From the NCBI RefSeq assembly GCF_003019035.1, contig NZ_CP027447.1: a stretch of 64,000 nt of DNA. One strand, given 5' to 3'. Positions 43,709-54,915 of the stretch are shown in pieces (positions within the stretch are counted from its first letter, which is position 1; each line of letters opens with the position of its first letter). Source of the stretch: Escherichia coli (GTDB lineage Bacteria; Pseudomonadota; Gammaproteobacteria; Enterobacterales; Enterobacteriaceae). The translations under genes and the position numbers were made by a program. Below the pieces are notes generated by a model. That model was given only the letters and a program-made list of their open reading frames with translations, was not told the DNA's origin and did no database searches.

Positions 43709-43732
43709 TGTTATATGTTACAATATAACATT
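43709..43732 (+). promoter_or_regulatory. Zur box in the zinT promoter
   Basis: palindrome tgttatatgttacaatataacatt versus Zur consensus GAAATGTTATAWTATAACATTTC. Confidence 0.6.
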
Positions 43733-43767
43733 ACACATCATGTACATTAACTCTGGAGGAAACTGTT

Positions 43768-44418
43768 TTGGCGATTCGTCTTCATAAACTGGCTGTTGCT
43801 TTAGGTGTCTTTATTGTTAGCGCTCCTGCCTTTTCGCATGGTCATCACTCACACGGCAAACCCTTAACAGAGGTCGAACAAAAAGCTGCTAATGGTGTTT
43901 TTGATGATGCCAATGTACAAAACCGAACACTAAGTGACTGGGATGGAGTCTGGCAATCCGTTTATCCTTTACTGCAAAGTGGCAAACTTGACCCCGTCTT
44001 TCAGAAGAAAGCGGATGCAGATAAAACCAAAACATTTGCTGAAATTAAAGATTATTATCACAAAGGTTATGCGACAGATATCGAGATGATTGGCATTGAG
44101 GACGGCATTGTTGAATTTCATAGAAATAATGAAACAACATCCTGTAAATATGATTACGATGGATACAAAATACTCACCTATAAATCAGGTAAGAAAGGCG
44201 TTCGTTACTTATTCGAATGTAAAGATCCTAAAAGCAAAGCCCCTAAATATATTCAATTTAGCGATCATATAATTGCACCACGAAAATCATCTCATTTTCA
44301 CATTTTTATGGGTAATGATTCACAGCAATCTTTATTAAATGAAATGGAAAACTGGCCAACGTATTATCCCTATCAGTTGAGTAGCGAAGAAGTGGTCGAG
44401 GAAATGATGTCTCATTGA
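43768..44418 (+). CDS. zinT: periplasmic zinc/cadmium-binding protein
   Basis: 216 aa; TTG start with SD ggagga; His-rich N terminus HGHHSHGK. Confidence 0.93.
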   Translation: MAIRLHKLAVALGVFIVSAPAFSHGHHSHGKPLTEVEQKAANGVFDDANVQNRTLSDWDGVWQSVYPLLQSGKLDPVFQKKADADKTKTFAEIKDYYHKGYATDIEMIGIEDGIVEFHRNNETTSCKYDYDGYKILTYKSGKKGVRYLFECKDPKSKAPKYIQFSDHIIAPRKSSHFHIFMGNDSQQSLLNEMENWPTYYPYQLSSEEVVEEMMSH

Positions 44419-44506
44419 TTTTTTTGCGCTGACTTCAATTATTTAACAGAACAGTGCCTGGTAGTAACGACAATAATTTACCAAGACAAATAAATAAGAC
44501 AAACTC

Positions 44507-44538
44507 AGACACGCTCATGCTTGAGACGTGTCTTTTTT
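44507..44538 (+). terminator. intrinsic terminator downstream of zinT
   Basis: stem agacacg / cgtgtct followed by a T-run. Confidence 0.6.
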
Positions 44539-45087
44539 ATTATGTCTGTAGAATAAAACTGAGAAAACGGCGAACAATAAATACACAACTCACCAATACA
44601 GACTGGCTGCGCCAATGTCTCCAGGAGCAAGTCATCTGTCATGGTAAAGCTAACCAGAAATATAGGTTAATTTTGGTATTTAAACCTTTTTTACTTGTTA
44701 GTATGATACAAAGGCTTTCAAAAAAGCTGGGAAATTCAACAACTCTTGGAAATTATGGACTTTGTCCCGCGGCTTTAATCTGACGGCCGCGTTCCTTTTT
44801 TTGCTCAATTATTGACCCCTTCTCTACGCAACTTCAGTTCCCACCACCAACTTTGCGGCAGCTTTGTAGGATCAATGTCTAAAAGAATAATGGTGACCGA
44901 TAAGAAAACGACTGAATAATTGCAGATTTTCGCTCGAAACCTTCCTGTCAGATCCATAGCGAATCAAGTGCTGAATGTCACAGTATCGAACAGAAAACAG
45001 TGACGATCTAACCCTTCAAGAATATTCTACGATTGTTCTGTTTAGGAAAAGCAAGGCGGGAAGTCGGGAGATAAGTCATTGATAAAG

Positions 45088-45149
45088 TGGCGGAGAGAGG
45101 GGGATTTGAACCCCCGGTAGAGTTGCCCCTACTCCGGTTTTCGAGACCG
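45088..45149 (-). other. 3-prime 62 nt of tRNA-Ser(CGA) (serU-type): prophage att junction
   Basis: minus strand reads CGGTCTCGAAAACCGGAGTAGGGGCAACTCTACCGGGGGTTCAAATCCCCCTCTCTCCGCCA (anticodon loop to CCA end); tRNA 5-prime half absent, match stops at 45150. Confidence 0.8.
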
Positions 45150-45494
45150 ATGATACAGAGTCGAAAAATCAAAGAGTTAAAAATTTTTCTTGGAATAAAT
45201 GTCTTAAAATCGTACACGAAAAATCAATGAATTACATAAATTAAAGAAGAATATTCCAAGCCTTCTTAAGTCCACCACCTGTTTTCAGGTGTCATTCAGA
45301 CGTGATTTGCCCCATATTGGGAAAGCACGCTTTTTTCTCAGCTTATTCCGTTTTGCCTGTGTGTTGAATAATTCCACTGCAGTTATATAAAATCGGTAAC
45401 GGCTGGAAATCATTCAATACTCGCACTATCGGAAGTTCACCAGCCAACCGCAGCACGTTCTTGCATACGACGTGCTGCGGCATAATCCCAATGA

Positions 45495-46079
45495 TTACTC
45501 CCTGACAGGGTTCGTAGGCCACTCAATATCAGGTGCAGTTGATGTATCAACACGGTTCAGCAACACCCGATACTTCTTCCAGGCTTCCAGCAACGAGTTT
45601 TCTTCCTCCGTTGCAATTTCCAGATCTACAGCATCCTGAAGCGGCGCAATATGCTCACTGGCTACCTGCATCAGGCTTTTTTTTGTTTCTTCCGCCTCCC
45701 GGATCCGGAACAGTTTTTCTGCTTCCGTATCCTTCACCCAGGCTGTGCCGTTCCACTTCTGATATTCCCCTCCCGGCGATAACCAGGTAACATTTTCCGG
45801 TAACGGACCGAGTTCAGAAATAAATAACGCGTCGCCGGAAGCCACGTCATAGACGGTTTTACCCCGATGGTCTTCAACGAGATGCCACGATGCCTCATCA
45901 CTGTTGAAAACAGCCACAAAGCCAGCCGGAATATCTGGCGGTGCAATATCGGTACTGTTTGCAGGCAGACCGGTATGAGGCGGAATGTATGCATCACCTT
46001 CACCAATAAATTCACTGGTTCCGGCCAGCAGATTATAAATTTTTATGGTCCGTGGTTGTTCACTCATTCTGAATGCCAT
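45495..46079 (-). CDS. tfa: tail fiber assembly protein (lambda Tfa-like)
   Basis: 194 aa, matches lambda Tfa as I recall it. Confidence 0.9.
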   Translation of the reverse strand: MAFRMSEQPRTIKIYNLLAGTSEFIGEGDAYIPPHTGLPANSTDIAPPDIPAGFVAVFNSDEASWHLVEDHRGKTVYDVASGDALFISELGPLPENVTWLSPGGEYQKWNGTAWVKDTEAEKLFRIREAEETKKSLMQVASEHIAPLQDAVDLEIATEEENSLLEAWKKYRVLLNRVDTSTAPDIEWPTNPVRE

Positions 46080-48403
46080 TATGCAAGCCTCACAATATAG
46101 TTAAATGCGATGTTTTTGACGGTGTTTTCCGCGTTACCAGCAGCGTTAACGGTGATGGTGTGTCCGTGTGAACCAATACTGAAAGAATGGGCATGAGCAC
46201 CGATAACAACCGGATGCTGGTGCGCACCAATACCAACTGTATGCGCATGTGCACCGGCACTCACAGCTGTACCGGACAATGAGTGACTGTGGTTGCCCTG
46301 ACTGTCCGTTTTCGATAAATAAGCAATACCCTGTGTGTTGGTTCCTTTAACTGTGGATAAACTTCCTGTAATGGTTGCTGTTCCATACTGACTCCAGCCA
46401 GAACTGTTCATCCTTAAACCACTTGTGTGGGCATGAGCACCCGCGGCCCCTGTTGAACCGCTCAGACTGTGAGCATGAGCCCCCGTGTTATTCGTCGATT
46501 TGGTGCCGTAATCGAAACTGCCTGTTGTTTTCGTCCCGTAATCAAACGACGATGTGGTTTTCGTCCCCAAATCCGTACCGGATGCACTGGCACTGTGGGT
46601 GTGCGACTTAATTCCATCCTGTTCCTGAGACAATACAGCACGACCGCTGGCGGGTTTCCCCTTGATTGTCCAGCCTCGCATATCAGGAAGCACACCCGAT
46701 GGATACGCGACAGCAAGTTTTGGGTAGGCTGATTTGTCAAACGCCTGCCCCTGCATCAGGACGTAGCCAGACGGAACGATATCTGATGGCCACGGGATCG
46801 GCGCACCTGCCGGAAAGGCCGAATTCTCTCCGGCTCCAAGGTATTCAAGAACATCTGCAACAGAATTTTTTGCCAGAATATCCCTGCCAACCTGAGTCAG
46901 TTCAGTCAGGCTGGCGGCATCATTTTCCGCAAAATACGGTAATTTATTTTTCGCCGTGGAAAGCCCTGCCAGCGCCGTCAGTGTCGCATTCTTCGGTTGT
47001 TTACCCGCAAGCGCGTTAGTCATGGTGGTAGCAAAATCTGGATCATTCCCGAGCGCTGCGGCCAGTTCATTCAGCGTATTCAGTGCGTCAGGTGACGCGT
47101 CGATAACATCTGCAATCGCGGCCAGTACAAAAGCGGTGTTCGCAATCTGGGTATTGTTTGTTCCCCTGAGCGCGGTTGGTGCTGTTGGCGTTCCGGTCAG
47201 TGCCGGACTATCCAGTGGGGCTTTTCTGTTCGTTTCATCCATTACCACCTTAACCGCCTTTGGCGTTGCAGCAAGCGTTTCAGACGTGCTGTTGGTTGCA
47301 CTGCTGAGCTGCACTATCCCCTTTCTCGTTGTGTCCGCATCCTCAAGCGCGACAGCTGAAGCTATATCTTCTGCACGTTTTGCCGAGTTTTCTGCACGTA
47401 TTGCCGCCGCTTCTGCCGCACTTTTGCTCTGCGATGCTGATACCGCACTTCCCGCAGCCTCTGTCGCCTTCGTGGATGCCGTTGACGCACTCCCCGCCGC
47501 CGCTGTTTTTGCGTCTGCCGCGGCAGAGGCGCTCCGTTCCGCTGCTGTTTCAGATGACCTGGCATTCGTCTCGGACGTTTTTGCCGCCCTGGCAGAATTT
47601 TCTGCCGCCGTTGCCGAGGAAGCTGCACGACCGGCACTTGATGATGCGTTCGTTTCTGATGATTTTGCTGCCTCTTTTGAGGCCACCGCATCTCGTGCTG
47701 AAGTGGCGGCCTCTGACGCTTTAGTGGTCGCGGTGGAGGCAGACGTGGCGGCTGATTGTTGTGACGCTGCAGCATTCGTTTCTGACGTTTTCGCCGCACC
47801 GGCACTGGTGGCCGCCGCGCTTTTTGAGGACTCTGCAGCGGCAGCACTTTTTTCCGCTTCAGTGGCCTTTGTTGATGCCGTTCCTGCGCTGGAAGACGCT
47901 GACTGAGCCGACGAAGCGGCCTGTCCGGCTGACGTGCTGGCTGCGCGTGCTGAGCCTGCAGCATCAGTCGCATGGGTTGCCGCCTCACGGGCTGATGTGC
48001 TGGCATCGCCGGCTGACTTCTTCGCGGCTGCCGTGTTCTGTGCCACCACGGACGCGTTACGCGCCACCTCTTCCACCATCAGTTCAAAACGGCGCAGTGC
48101 CTCAGGACGGGCATCATCCTCCGTCATGGCACCGAGAAAATCATTCAGCGTACCGGGTCGGGAATCTTCATACACGGTGATGGTCCCGGCATGTGACGGC
48201 GGGAATCCTTCCACCAACAGAATAACGCTGTACTGACCGTACTCAACGTCCATGCTGTAACGCCCGGCTTCATCCGGATTTTCTGAGGCCAGCGTGTTCA
48301 CCACCACCGTGGTACTGTTACGTTTTGCTTTCAGCTGGATTGTGCAGTTCTGTACCGGTTTTCCTGTGCCGTCTTTCAGTACACCTGAAATCTTTACTGC
48401 CAT
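46079..48403 (-). CDS. stf: side tail fiber protein (lambda Stf-like, full length)
   Basis: N terminus [20 protein letters not shown]; Ala/Ser-rich repeats; C-terminal GAHAH repeats; ATG at 48403 (ORF-track start 48409 is GTG). Confidence 0.9.
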   Translation of the reverse strand: MAVKISGVLKDGTGKPVQNCTIQLKAKRNSTTVVVNTLASENPDEAGRYSMDVEYGQYSVILLVEGFPPSHAGTITVYEDSRPGTLNDFLGAMTEDDARPEALRRFELMVEEVARNASVVAQNTAAAKKSAGDASTSAREAATHATDAAGSARAASTSAGQAASSAQSASSSAGTASTKATEAEKSAAAAESSKSAAATSAGAAKTSETNAAASQQSAATSASTATTKASEAATSARDAVASKEAAKSSETNASSSAGRAASSATAAENSARAAKTSETNARSSETAAERSASAAADAKTAAAGSASTASTKATEAAGSAVSASQSKSAAEAAAIRAENSAKRAEDIASAVALEDADTTRKGIVQLSSATNSTSETLAATPKAVKVVMDETNRKAPLDSPALTGTPTAPTALRGTNNTQIANTAFVLAAIADVIDASPDALNTLNELAAALGNDPDFATTMTNALAGKQPKNATLTALAGLSTAKNKLPYFAENDAASLTELTQVGRDILAKNSVADVLEYLGAGENSAFPAGAPIPWPSDIVPSGYVLMQGQAFDKSAYPKLAVAYPSGVLPDMRGWTIKGKPASGRAVLSQEQDGIKSHTHSASASGTDLGTKTTSSFDYGTKTTGSFDYGTKSTNNTGAHAHSLSGSTGAAGAHAHTSGLRMNSSGWSQYGTATITGSLSTVKGTNTQGIAYLSKTDSQGNHSHSLSGTAVSAGAHAHTVGIGAHQHPVVIGAHAHSFSIGSHGHTITVNAAGNAENTVKNIAFNYIVRLA

Positions 48404-48414
48404 ATTCACCCCAC

Positions 48415-48440
48415 AAAAAAGCCCGCCTGAACCGGCGGGC
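48415..48440 (-). terminator. intrinsic terminator after lom
   Basis: gcccgcc/ggcgggc hairpin followed by a T-run on the minus strand. Confidence 0.6.
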
Positions 48441-48467
48441 TGTCATAACACTGTGTTACCTGGCTAA

Positions 48468-49067
48468 TCAGAATTTATAACCGACACCCACGATGAAACC
48501 GTCAGTGCGCCAGTCGCCACTGCCGGAACCTTCATAAGCGACATCAACGGCCACGGATTCGGTCGGGTTAAACTGCACGCCAGCCCCCCACGCCAGAGAC
48601 GTGTTGCTGTGGCGACCGTCATCACTTCCGATCAGCACATCGTGCGTTTTCCCCGTATTGTCGGTCACCTGCAGATAATCCCCGGAGAAAGTCGACACAC
48701 GGCTGTAAGCCACACCCGCCATCGCATACGCGCTGAACCATTCATTCACGCGCACAGACGGCCCCGCCATCACGCTGAACCAGCGGTTACGCACGGAATC
48801 TTCATGCCAGCGGGTATCGCTGTAATGCGTTTTTTGCTCATCTTCAGCGTTGGCATAACTGAATGACGTAATCAGCCCCAGCGTGTCCGTAAACTCATAA
48901 CGGTATTTCACGTTAATCCCGTTCAGATTATCGCTGCCGGGAGCGTTCGTACGGGCATGAAGATACCCTGCGCTCAGTGTGGCCTGCTGCTCAGACGCCC
49001 ATGCAGGCGCACCGGATACGGCCAGACAGATGGCTGCGGACAAAATGGCTGCACAAACTTTACGCAT
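48468..49067 (-). CDS. lom: Lom-family outer membrane beta-barrel protein (Ail/OmpX-like)
   Basis: 199 aa with signal peptide and C-terminal GVGYKF. Confidence 0.9.
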   Translation of the reverse strand: MRKVCAAILSAAICLAVSGAPAWASEQQATLSAGYLHARTNAPGSDNLNGINVKYRYEFTDTLGLITSFSYANAEDEQKTHYSDTRWHEDSVRNRWFSVMAGPSVRVNEWFSAYAMAGVAYSRVSTFSGDYLQVTDNTGKTHDVLIGSDDGRHSNTSLAWGAGVQFNPTESVAVDVAYEGSGSGDWRTDGFIVGVGYKF

Positions 49068-49091
49068 AATTACCTCTCGCTTTTCTGCAAT

Positions 49092-49115
49092 AAAAAAGGC
49101 GCCATTTCTGGCGCC
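49092..49115 (-). terminator. intrinsic terminator after J
   Basis: ggcgcc atttct ggcgcc hairpin followed by a T-run on the minus strand. Confidence 0.55.
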
Positions 49116-49134
49116 CGTATATGGGTTATAAAAT

Positions 49135-52100
49135 TCAGCTGATACTGATGCCTGCGGTGGCTTTCTTCATCACCACAACCAGCAAATCGCTGATACTTGC
49201 TGTGGGATACCAGTCATTTACCAGCCATGCTGACACCGAAAACTCCAGCGTCATGTGGCCGTGACCAGCTGGCATATCAATAACACCACTGTAAATCAGC
49301 GTATTATCCAGCGCGGTACGGTTATAAATTTCAGCACCATTTTTCTTCACTATCAGGCGGCATGACGAATAAATATCGTTATTCTCCCGCTCATGTTTAG
49401 CGCCGCAGAATGCCACCGCCGGAATAACAATTTGCCTGTCAAAAGGCTGATCGTCATAAATCCTGACGGTAATGGTCCCTGATGGCCACCGCTCCGGTGC
49501 CCGGGAGTCCCGCGGGAAAGCCTTACCCACTGTTTTGACAATATCGCCTTCAATCTGGTTGGCTGACAGTTTCCCTTTAATCTGACAGTTCTCATTTATC
49601 GTAACGTTGTTGAGCGTCCCGGAGTTCGCATTCACACTGCCACTGATATCCGCATTTTTAGCGGTCAGCTTTCCGTCTGATGTCAGGGAAAATACCGGAG
49701 GACTGCCTCCGCTGGTAATGGTGGGTGCCGTCAGGCGTTTCAGGAACACGTCGTTCATGAATATCTGGTTGCCCTGCGCCACAAACATCGGCGTTTCATT
49801 CCCGTTTGCCGGGTCAATAAACGCGATACGGTTAGCGGCAACCAGAAACTGGCTCAGTTTGCCTTCCTCCGTGTCCTCCATGCTGAGGCCAATACCCGCG
49901 ACATAATGTTTGCCGTCTTTGGTCTGCTCAATTTTGACAGCCCACATGGCATTCCACTTATCGTTGGCGTCCTTCCACTCTTTCGAAAACTCCTCCAGTC
50001 TGCTGGCGTTATCCTCCGTCAGCTCGACTTTTTCCAGCAGCTCCTTGCCGAGATGGGATTCGGTTATCTTGCCTTTGAAAAAATCCAGGTAACCTTCCGC
50101 ATCATCGCTCGCCCGACCGACGGCCTCCACGAATGCCGATTTGCCAACGGTGTTCACACTGCGGATATAAAAGTAATAATCATGGCCCGGTTTGATATTG
50201 ATACTGGCGGCTATCCAGTACAGCCCCGTGCCAAGATAGCGGGCTGTGGTTTCAACCTGCCTGATATCAGTAATCCGCGTTTCCGAGAACCAGAACTCAA
50301 ACTGTACCGTCGGATCGTAAACCGCAAGATGCGGCGTGGCGGTTATCTGAAAATAGCCCGGCGTCAGCTCAATCCGCGACGGCGCTGCCGGTGCGGCAAT
50401 CCGGAACGATACCGACGCCGGATCGCCCTGCTGTCCCCACGCATTTACCGCCCGGACTGTCAGCCTGTAGTTCCCTGGCGCCAGTTGCGTGAAGCGGTAT
50501 GTGGTTTCCGTCGTCCGGGCCGTGCTGACCAGCCGCTCACTGCCGTCATCCGCTGCCACGGTCAGGCGAAGCAGGAAGCTCACGCCCTTCACCACTTTCG
50601 GCGTGTCCCAGCGGGCCAGCACCTGATATTCTCCGCTGTCTGCGGTGACTTCGGCAGTCAGGTGCTGCACCGCTGGCGGCGTGACACCATTCACCGTGCC
50701 GCTCTGGTCGCCGTCAAAGTGCGCCCCGTTATCCACGATGGCCTCTTTTTCCGGCACATGCTGCACGGCGGTGATGGCATACGTGCCGTCATCGTTCTCA
50801 CGGATACTCACGCAGCGGAACAGTCGCTGGCGCAGCGTCGGCAGCTTCAGCCCCCATACGCTGTATTCAGCAACACCGTCAGGAACACGGCTCACTTTTA
50901 CCTTCACGCCGTCGGTGACGGACTGAACCTCCACGCTGACCGGATTGCCACTTCCGTCAACCAGGCTTATCAGCGCGGTACCGGAGGATGGCAGCGTGAT
51001 TTCACGGTCGAGCGTCAGCGTCCGGGTCTGGCTGTTCACCGCCAGCACGCGACCACCGGTACTGATACCGGCATAGTCATCATCGCAGACTTCAATGACG
51101 TCACCCGGTACATGGCGAAGCCCTTCTGCACCCACGCTGAAGTCCACCGTCTGCGTCTCCAGCAGTTCCGTTTTAATCAGCCACAGCCCGGCGCGGTGCG
51201 CCTGCCCCCGGCTGGTACAGCCAAAGGCATCCATCTTCGTGACGTTACGACCGTAACGGGCAATAGCCTGCGTATCTTCAACCAGCTCCGTCGCCGTCTC
51301 CCAGCCGTTGTTCGGGTCAATCCAGTTCACCTCAACGGCATTATGGCGGTCCTTCAGGGCGCTGAAGCTGTAGCGGAACGGCGCGCCATCATCCGGCATC
51401 ACCACATTACTGCGGTTATAGGTCCACACCTTATCTGATGGTCGGTCCTGCACGAACGTCAGCGTCTGCCCGTTCCATACCGGCATACAGCGCATCGCCG
51501 AGCAGAAATCACTGAGCACATCCCACGCCTTGCGCTGCGTGGTCAGGTACGCATTACAGGTGATGCGCGGCTCCGTGCCGCCAAAGCCGTCCGGCACTGA
51601 CTGGTCGCAGTACTGGCCGATGACATACAGCGCCCATTTATCCACATCCGCCGCACCAAGACGTTTCCCCATGCCGTAGCGCGGATGGGTCAGCATATCC
51701 CACAGACACCAGGCCATGTTGTTGCTGTATGCCGGTTTAAACGTTCCGTCCCAGATACCGCTGTATTGCCGCGTCTGCGGGTTATAGTTCGACGGCACCT
51801 GCAGAATGCGCCCGCGAAGATGATAATTACGACTCACCTGCTGGCTGCCGAACTGCTCCGAGTCCACCTGTACACCGACCAGTGCCGTGTTCGGGTAGCC
51901 CTGTTTCACATCGATGATTTCGGTGTATGACGACCAGAGCGTTTTGTTCTGCAGCTGGTCTGTAGTGCTGTCCGGCGTCATCCTGCGCATCCGGATACTG
52001 AACGGGCGCGGCGGCAGGTTACCCACCACCACCGAGGCCAGATACTGCGAGGTGGTTTTACCCTTAATGGTGATGTCTTTTTCTGTCACCCAGGCACCGT

Positions 52101-52530
52101 TACGCTGTATCTGAACCAGCAGGCGGACTTCCGACGGATTCCGGTCACCCTTTGAGGTGGTTTCCACCAGAGCCTGCACACCGAAGGTAAAGCGCAGTCG
52201 GTCGATGTTTGCCGACGTGATGGTCCGGGTGATCGGCGTGTCATATTTCACTTCCGTACCCAGCACCGTCTCGGAGCCGGAGGATTCAAACCCCTCCGGC
52301 GGTGTCTGCTCCTGCTCACCTGCCCGGAACACCACCGTGACACCGGAGATGTTGGTATTCCCCTCAGTGTCCAGCACCGGCGTACTGTTCAGCAGCACGC
52401 TTTTTAATCCATCCACCGGACCTTCAATCGGTCCTTCACTGATGGCATCAATCACACTCAGCAACTGCGTGGACTTCAGGTTGTCCTTCGCTTCGCGCGG
52501 GGTATGCCCCTTACTGCTGCCTTTACCCAT
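49135..52530 (-). CDS. J: tail tip / host specificity protein J
   Basis: 1131 aa; N terminus [24 protein letters not shown] matches lambda J; C-terminal ~150 aa diverge. Confidence 0.93.
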   Translation of the reverse strand: MGKGSSKGHTPREAKDNLKSTQLLSVIDAISEGPIEGPVDGLKSVLLNSTPVLDTEGNTNISGVTVVFRAGEQEQTPPEGFESSGSETVLGTEVKYDTPITRTITSANIDRLRFTFGVQALVETTSKGDRNPSEVRLLVQIQRNGAWVTEKDITIKGKTTSQYLASVVVGNLPPRPFSIRMRRMTPDSTTDQLQNKTLWSSYTEIIDVKQGYPNTALVGVQVDSEQFGSQQVSRNYHLRGRILQVPSNYNPQTRQYSGIWDGTFKPAYSNNMAWCLWDMLTHPRYGMGKRLGAADVDKWALYVIGQYCDQSVPDGFGGTEPRITCNAYLTTQRKAWDVLSDFCSAMRCMPVWNGQTLTFVQDRPSDKVWTYNRSNVVMPDDGAPFRYSFSALKDRHNAVEVNWIDPNNGWETATELVEDTQAIARYGRNVTKMDAFGCTSRGQAHRAGLWLIKTELLETQTVDFSVGAEGLRHVPGDVIEVCDDDYAGISTGGRVLAVNSQTRTLTLDREITLPSSGTALISLVDGSGNPVSVEVQSVTDGVKVKVSRVPDGVAEYSVWGLKLPTLRQRLFRCVSIRENDDGTYAITAVQHVPEKEAIVDNGAHFDGDQSGTVNGVTPPAVQHLTAEVTADSGEYQVLARWDTPKVVKGVSFLLRLTVAADDGSERLVSTARTTETTYRFTQLAPGNYRLTVRAVNAWGQQGDPASVSFRIAAPAAPSRIELTPGYFQITATPHLAVYDPTVQFEFWFSETRITDIRQVETTARYLGTGLYWIAASINIKPGHDYYFYIRSVNTVGKSAFVEAVGRASDDAEGYLDFFKGKITESHLGKELLEKVELTEDNASRLEEFSKEWKDANDKWNAMWAVKIEQTKDGKHYVAGIGLSMEDTEEGKLSQFLVAANRIAFIDPANGNETPMFVAQGNQIFMNDVFLKRLTAPTITSGGSPPVFSLTSDGKLTAKNADISGSVNANSGTLNNVTINENCQIKGKLSANQIEGDIVKTVGKAFPRDSRAPERWPSGTITVRIYDDQPFDRQIVIPAVAFCGAKHERENNDIYSSCRLIVKKNGAEIYNRTALDNTLIYSGVIDMPAGHGHMTLEFSVSAWLVNDWYPTASISDLLVVVMKKATAGISIS

Positions 52531-52590
52531 TCGTCATGCTCCATAAACGACAAAACCGCCCTGAGGCGGTTTCACATAAAACGTTTTTCA

Positions 52591-53238
52591 TCATCGACCA
52601 ATCACCACAACCTGACCACCGTCCCCTTCGTCTGCCGTGCTGATTTCCTGAGAAACCACACGAGACCCCACACGCATTTCACCGTACAGAACAGGCAGAA
52701 CATTGCCCTGGGCAACCATGTTATCCAGTGATGAAAAATAGGTGTTCTGCTTACCGTTATCCGTGCTGGTCGCTGTGGGCGTCCGGGCTTTCGGTGCCAG
52801 CATCTGGGCCACACCACCCAGGATCATACTGGCCCCTGCCGCATACATGCCCGATACAGCCGCGGCACCCAGCCAGCCCACAGGGTTCCACCATGCCACA
52901 GCAATCAGCGCCGCCCCCAGCACCACCTGAAACACACCGCCACTTTTAGCTCCCGCCAGACGCGGCACGATGTGGATCACGGCACCATTTGCCAGCGGCT
53001 CATTAAGACGGGCAGATAATTCGGTTTCACCTGCATCACGCCCGGCAATGCGCACCTGATACCAGCCGTCATTCAGTTTCTGACGAAACGCCGGGAGCTG
53101 TGTGGACAACGCCAGGATGGCTTCAGCCCCCGTTTTTACACGAAGGTCGATGCGGCGGCCAAATCGTTGTAAATCCCCGTAAAGGCAGATGCGTGCCATG
53201 CCCGGTGACGCCAGAGGGAGTGTGTGCGTCGCTGCCAT
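52591..53238 (-). CDS. I: tail assembly protein I
   Basis: 215 aa, lambda I-like. Confidence 0.9.
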   Translation of the reverse strand: MAATHTLPLASPGMARICLYGDLQRFGRRIDLRVKTGAEAILALSTQLPAFRQKLNDGWYQVRIAGRDAGETELSARLNEPLANGAVIHIVPRLAGAKSGGVFQVVLGAALIAVAWWNPVGWLGAAAVSGMYAAGASMILGGVAQMLAPKARTPTATSTDNGKQNTYFSSLDNMVAQGNVLPVLYGEMRVGSRVVSQEISTADEGDGGQVVVIGR

Positions 53239-53879
53239 TTGTCGGTATACCTCTCTCGTTTGCTCAGTTGTTCAGGAATATGGTGCAACAGCTCACCGTC
53301 GCCGCAGTAAATGGCGGCATGATTCGGCACCGATGAACCAAAACAGCACAACAGCACATCGCCCGGTTGTGCTGATGACAACGGCACCTGATACAGCCCC
53401 GTGGCCTCCAGATTATCCAGATAGAGATTCTGACCGTGACGCCACCAGTCATCCCCGCGATGAAAATCCGGCATCTCAATCCCCGCCAGATGATAAGCAT
53501 CCCGGAACAGCGTGTAACAGTCCGTCACCCCGTGATCAAAGCGCCTTCCGGTCAGATGTGGCACGCAGCGGAATTTATGGAGAGCCCCCCGACAGACCAG
53601 CCACCACGGCAAATCACTCTGTACCTGCAGCTGACGGTCGGCTTCACTCAGCCAGGGCAGACCACCGGGATGGCTGTGGACCAGCGCCACCACCTCGCCC
53701 TGTATTTGTGCCCGCAGCCAGTCTTCCGGTACCATCCGGAAACACGCCTCCGGAGTACCGGAGATATTCACGCAGGGAAGATACCTTTCCCCCTCCGGCG
53801 TTCTCACCACGAAGCCGCACGACTCCGCTGGCGCACATCGCCGGGCGTGCGCCAGAATCGCTGATTCAGTCTCTGTCAT
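53136..53879 (-). CDS. K: tail tip assembly protein K (NlpC/P60 + JAB/MPN)
   Basis: ORF trimmed to MTETESAIL; lambda K-like; overlaps start of I. Confidence 0.88.
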   Translation of the reverse strand: MTETESAILAHARRCAPAESCGFVVRTPEGERYLPCVNISGTPEACFRMVPEDWLRAQIQGEVVALVHSHPGGLPWLSEADRQLQVQSDLPWWLVCRGALHKFRCVPHLTGRRFDHGVTDCYTLFRDAYHLAGIEMPDFHRGDDWWRHGQNLYLDNLEATGLYQVPLSSAQPGDVLLCCFGSSVPNHAAIYCGDGELLHHIPEQLSKRERYTDKWQRRTHSLWRHRAWHASAFTGIYNDLAAASTFV

Positions 53880-53883
53880 GGAT

Positions 53884-54582
53884 TTACTGCGAAAGTTTGT
53901 TAATGGAAAGGAAGCCGCCAAAGTTGCCGACGTTATTGCGAAACTTACAGCCACTCAGGCATTTGCTGCATTTATCCTTCGTGATATCGGACGTCGGCTG
54001 GTCATATTCATCCGCGACCGCCGGACCGTTATAACCGCACTCATCGCCTCGATAGGTCCAGGTGCAGGTGTTGGCCAGCATGATACGGCCCGGAAAAACA
54101 GCGCCATCCGTTTCCGTCGGTGTGGACAGTACAAAAGAGGCACTGACCGCACTCAGTTCGCTGCACTGCTCGATGCGCCAGCGGCTGATCACCTCCTGCT
54201 CCGGATCGGCGTCACTGTTTCCGTTGACGAAGTTCACCGCATCCAGAAAACGGGCGTAAACCTTACGCCGGACCACCGTTCCGCCGACCAGACTCTGCAG
54301 ATCTTCCGCCATCCCGGTGACCATGCCGTGCAGATTAGAGACTTTCAGCGTTGGCCTTGCACTGGCTCCTTTGCCGTTCATCTCAAATCCACTTCCCTGA
54401 ATGGGATAGGCCTGATACTGCCGCCCCTGCCAGGTGACTGGTTCACCTTTTTCGTTCTGCTCATTACAGAAGAAATAACGATCTCCGCCGACCTCTGTCA
54501 GATCAATTTCCCAGAGCACGACCAGCGCGGATTGCTCCGCTTTTGTACACTCATTCAGTGTTTCCTGCTGTATATCCTGCAT
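53884..54582 (-). CDS. L: minor tail protein L
   Basis: 232 aa, lambda L-like. Confidence 0.92.
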   Translation of the reverse strand: MQDIQQETLNECTKAEQSALVVLWEIDLTEVGGDRYFFCNEQNEKGEPVTWQGRQYQAYPIQGSGFEMNGKGASARPTLKVSNLHGMVTGMAEDLQSLVGGTVVRRKVYARFLDAVNFVNGNSDADPEQEVISRWRIEQCSELSAVSASFVLSTPTETDGAVFPGRIMLANTCTWTYRGDECGYNGPAVADEYDQPTSDITKDKCSKCLSGCKFRNNVGNFGGFLSINKLSQ

Positions 54583-54881
54583 CAGTGAGTGACCTCTTCA
54601 AAGGTACAGTTAAAATCGGTATACATGGCATTATCCGAAATACTCCACTCCCTGCAGACAACCCGGACGATTCTGTTGTGTTTTGGCGGACGCCACAAAA
54701 AAGCACGTATCCCGGCATGACGGGATAAAAAACTGTCCAGCGCAGCACGGGAATATTCATCTGTGACACGAAACACCGGTTTAAACGTTTTCAGATCCGC
54801 ATTCAGACCACCAGCCCGTCGCTGTTCATATCCGTCACCGAACTTTACCGTAATAACAGATGGCTTTCGTGTCGTCTCCAT
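54582..54881 (-). CDS. M: minor tail protein M
   Basis: lambda M-like motif VKFGDGYEQRRAGGLNADLKTF; start trimmed to ATG 54881, downstream of the H stop. Confidence 0.85.
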   Translation of the reverse strand: METTRKPSVITVKFGDGYEQRRAGGLNADLKTFKPVFRVTDEYSRAALDSFLSRHAGIRAFLWRPPKHNRIVRVVCREWSISDNAMYTDFNCTFEEVTH

Positions 54882-54915
54882 CCCCTCGCGGGGGATCCAG
54901 TTAAAAACTTCAGGC

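Noticed and set aside
44454-44783. 109-aa plus-strand ORF after zinT
   Set aside because: GTG start without SD; reads through the zinT terminator hairpin; low-complexity translation with no family resemblance.
45088-45149. Possible intact tRNA gene
   Set aside because: Only the 3-prime 62 nt match tRNA-Ser; the 5-prime half is missing, so this is an att duplicate, not a functional tRNA.
45008-45217. 69-aa minus-strand ORF
   Set aside because: Overlaps the tRNA-Ser att fragment; translation of tRNA-derived sequence.
46956-47906. 316-aa plus ORF and 47362..48006 214-aa minus ORF
   Set aside because: Alternative-frame artefacts of the Ala/Ser-rich repeat block of stf.
49906-51438. 510-aa plus-strand ORF
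   Set aside because: Antisense within the J gene; J translation is clearly the real one.
53189-54034. 281-aa plus-strand ORF
   Set aside because: Antisense to prophage K and L genes.
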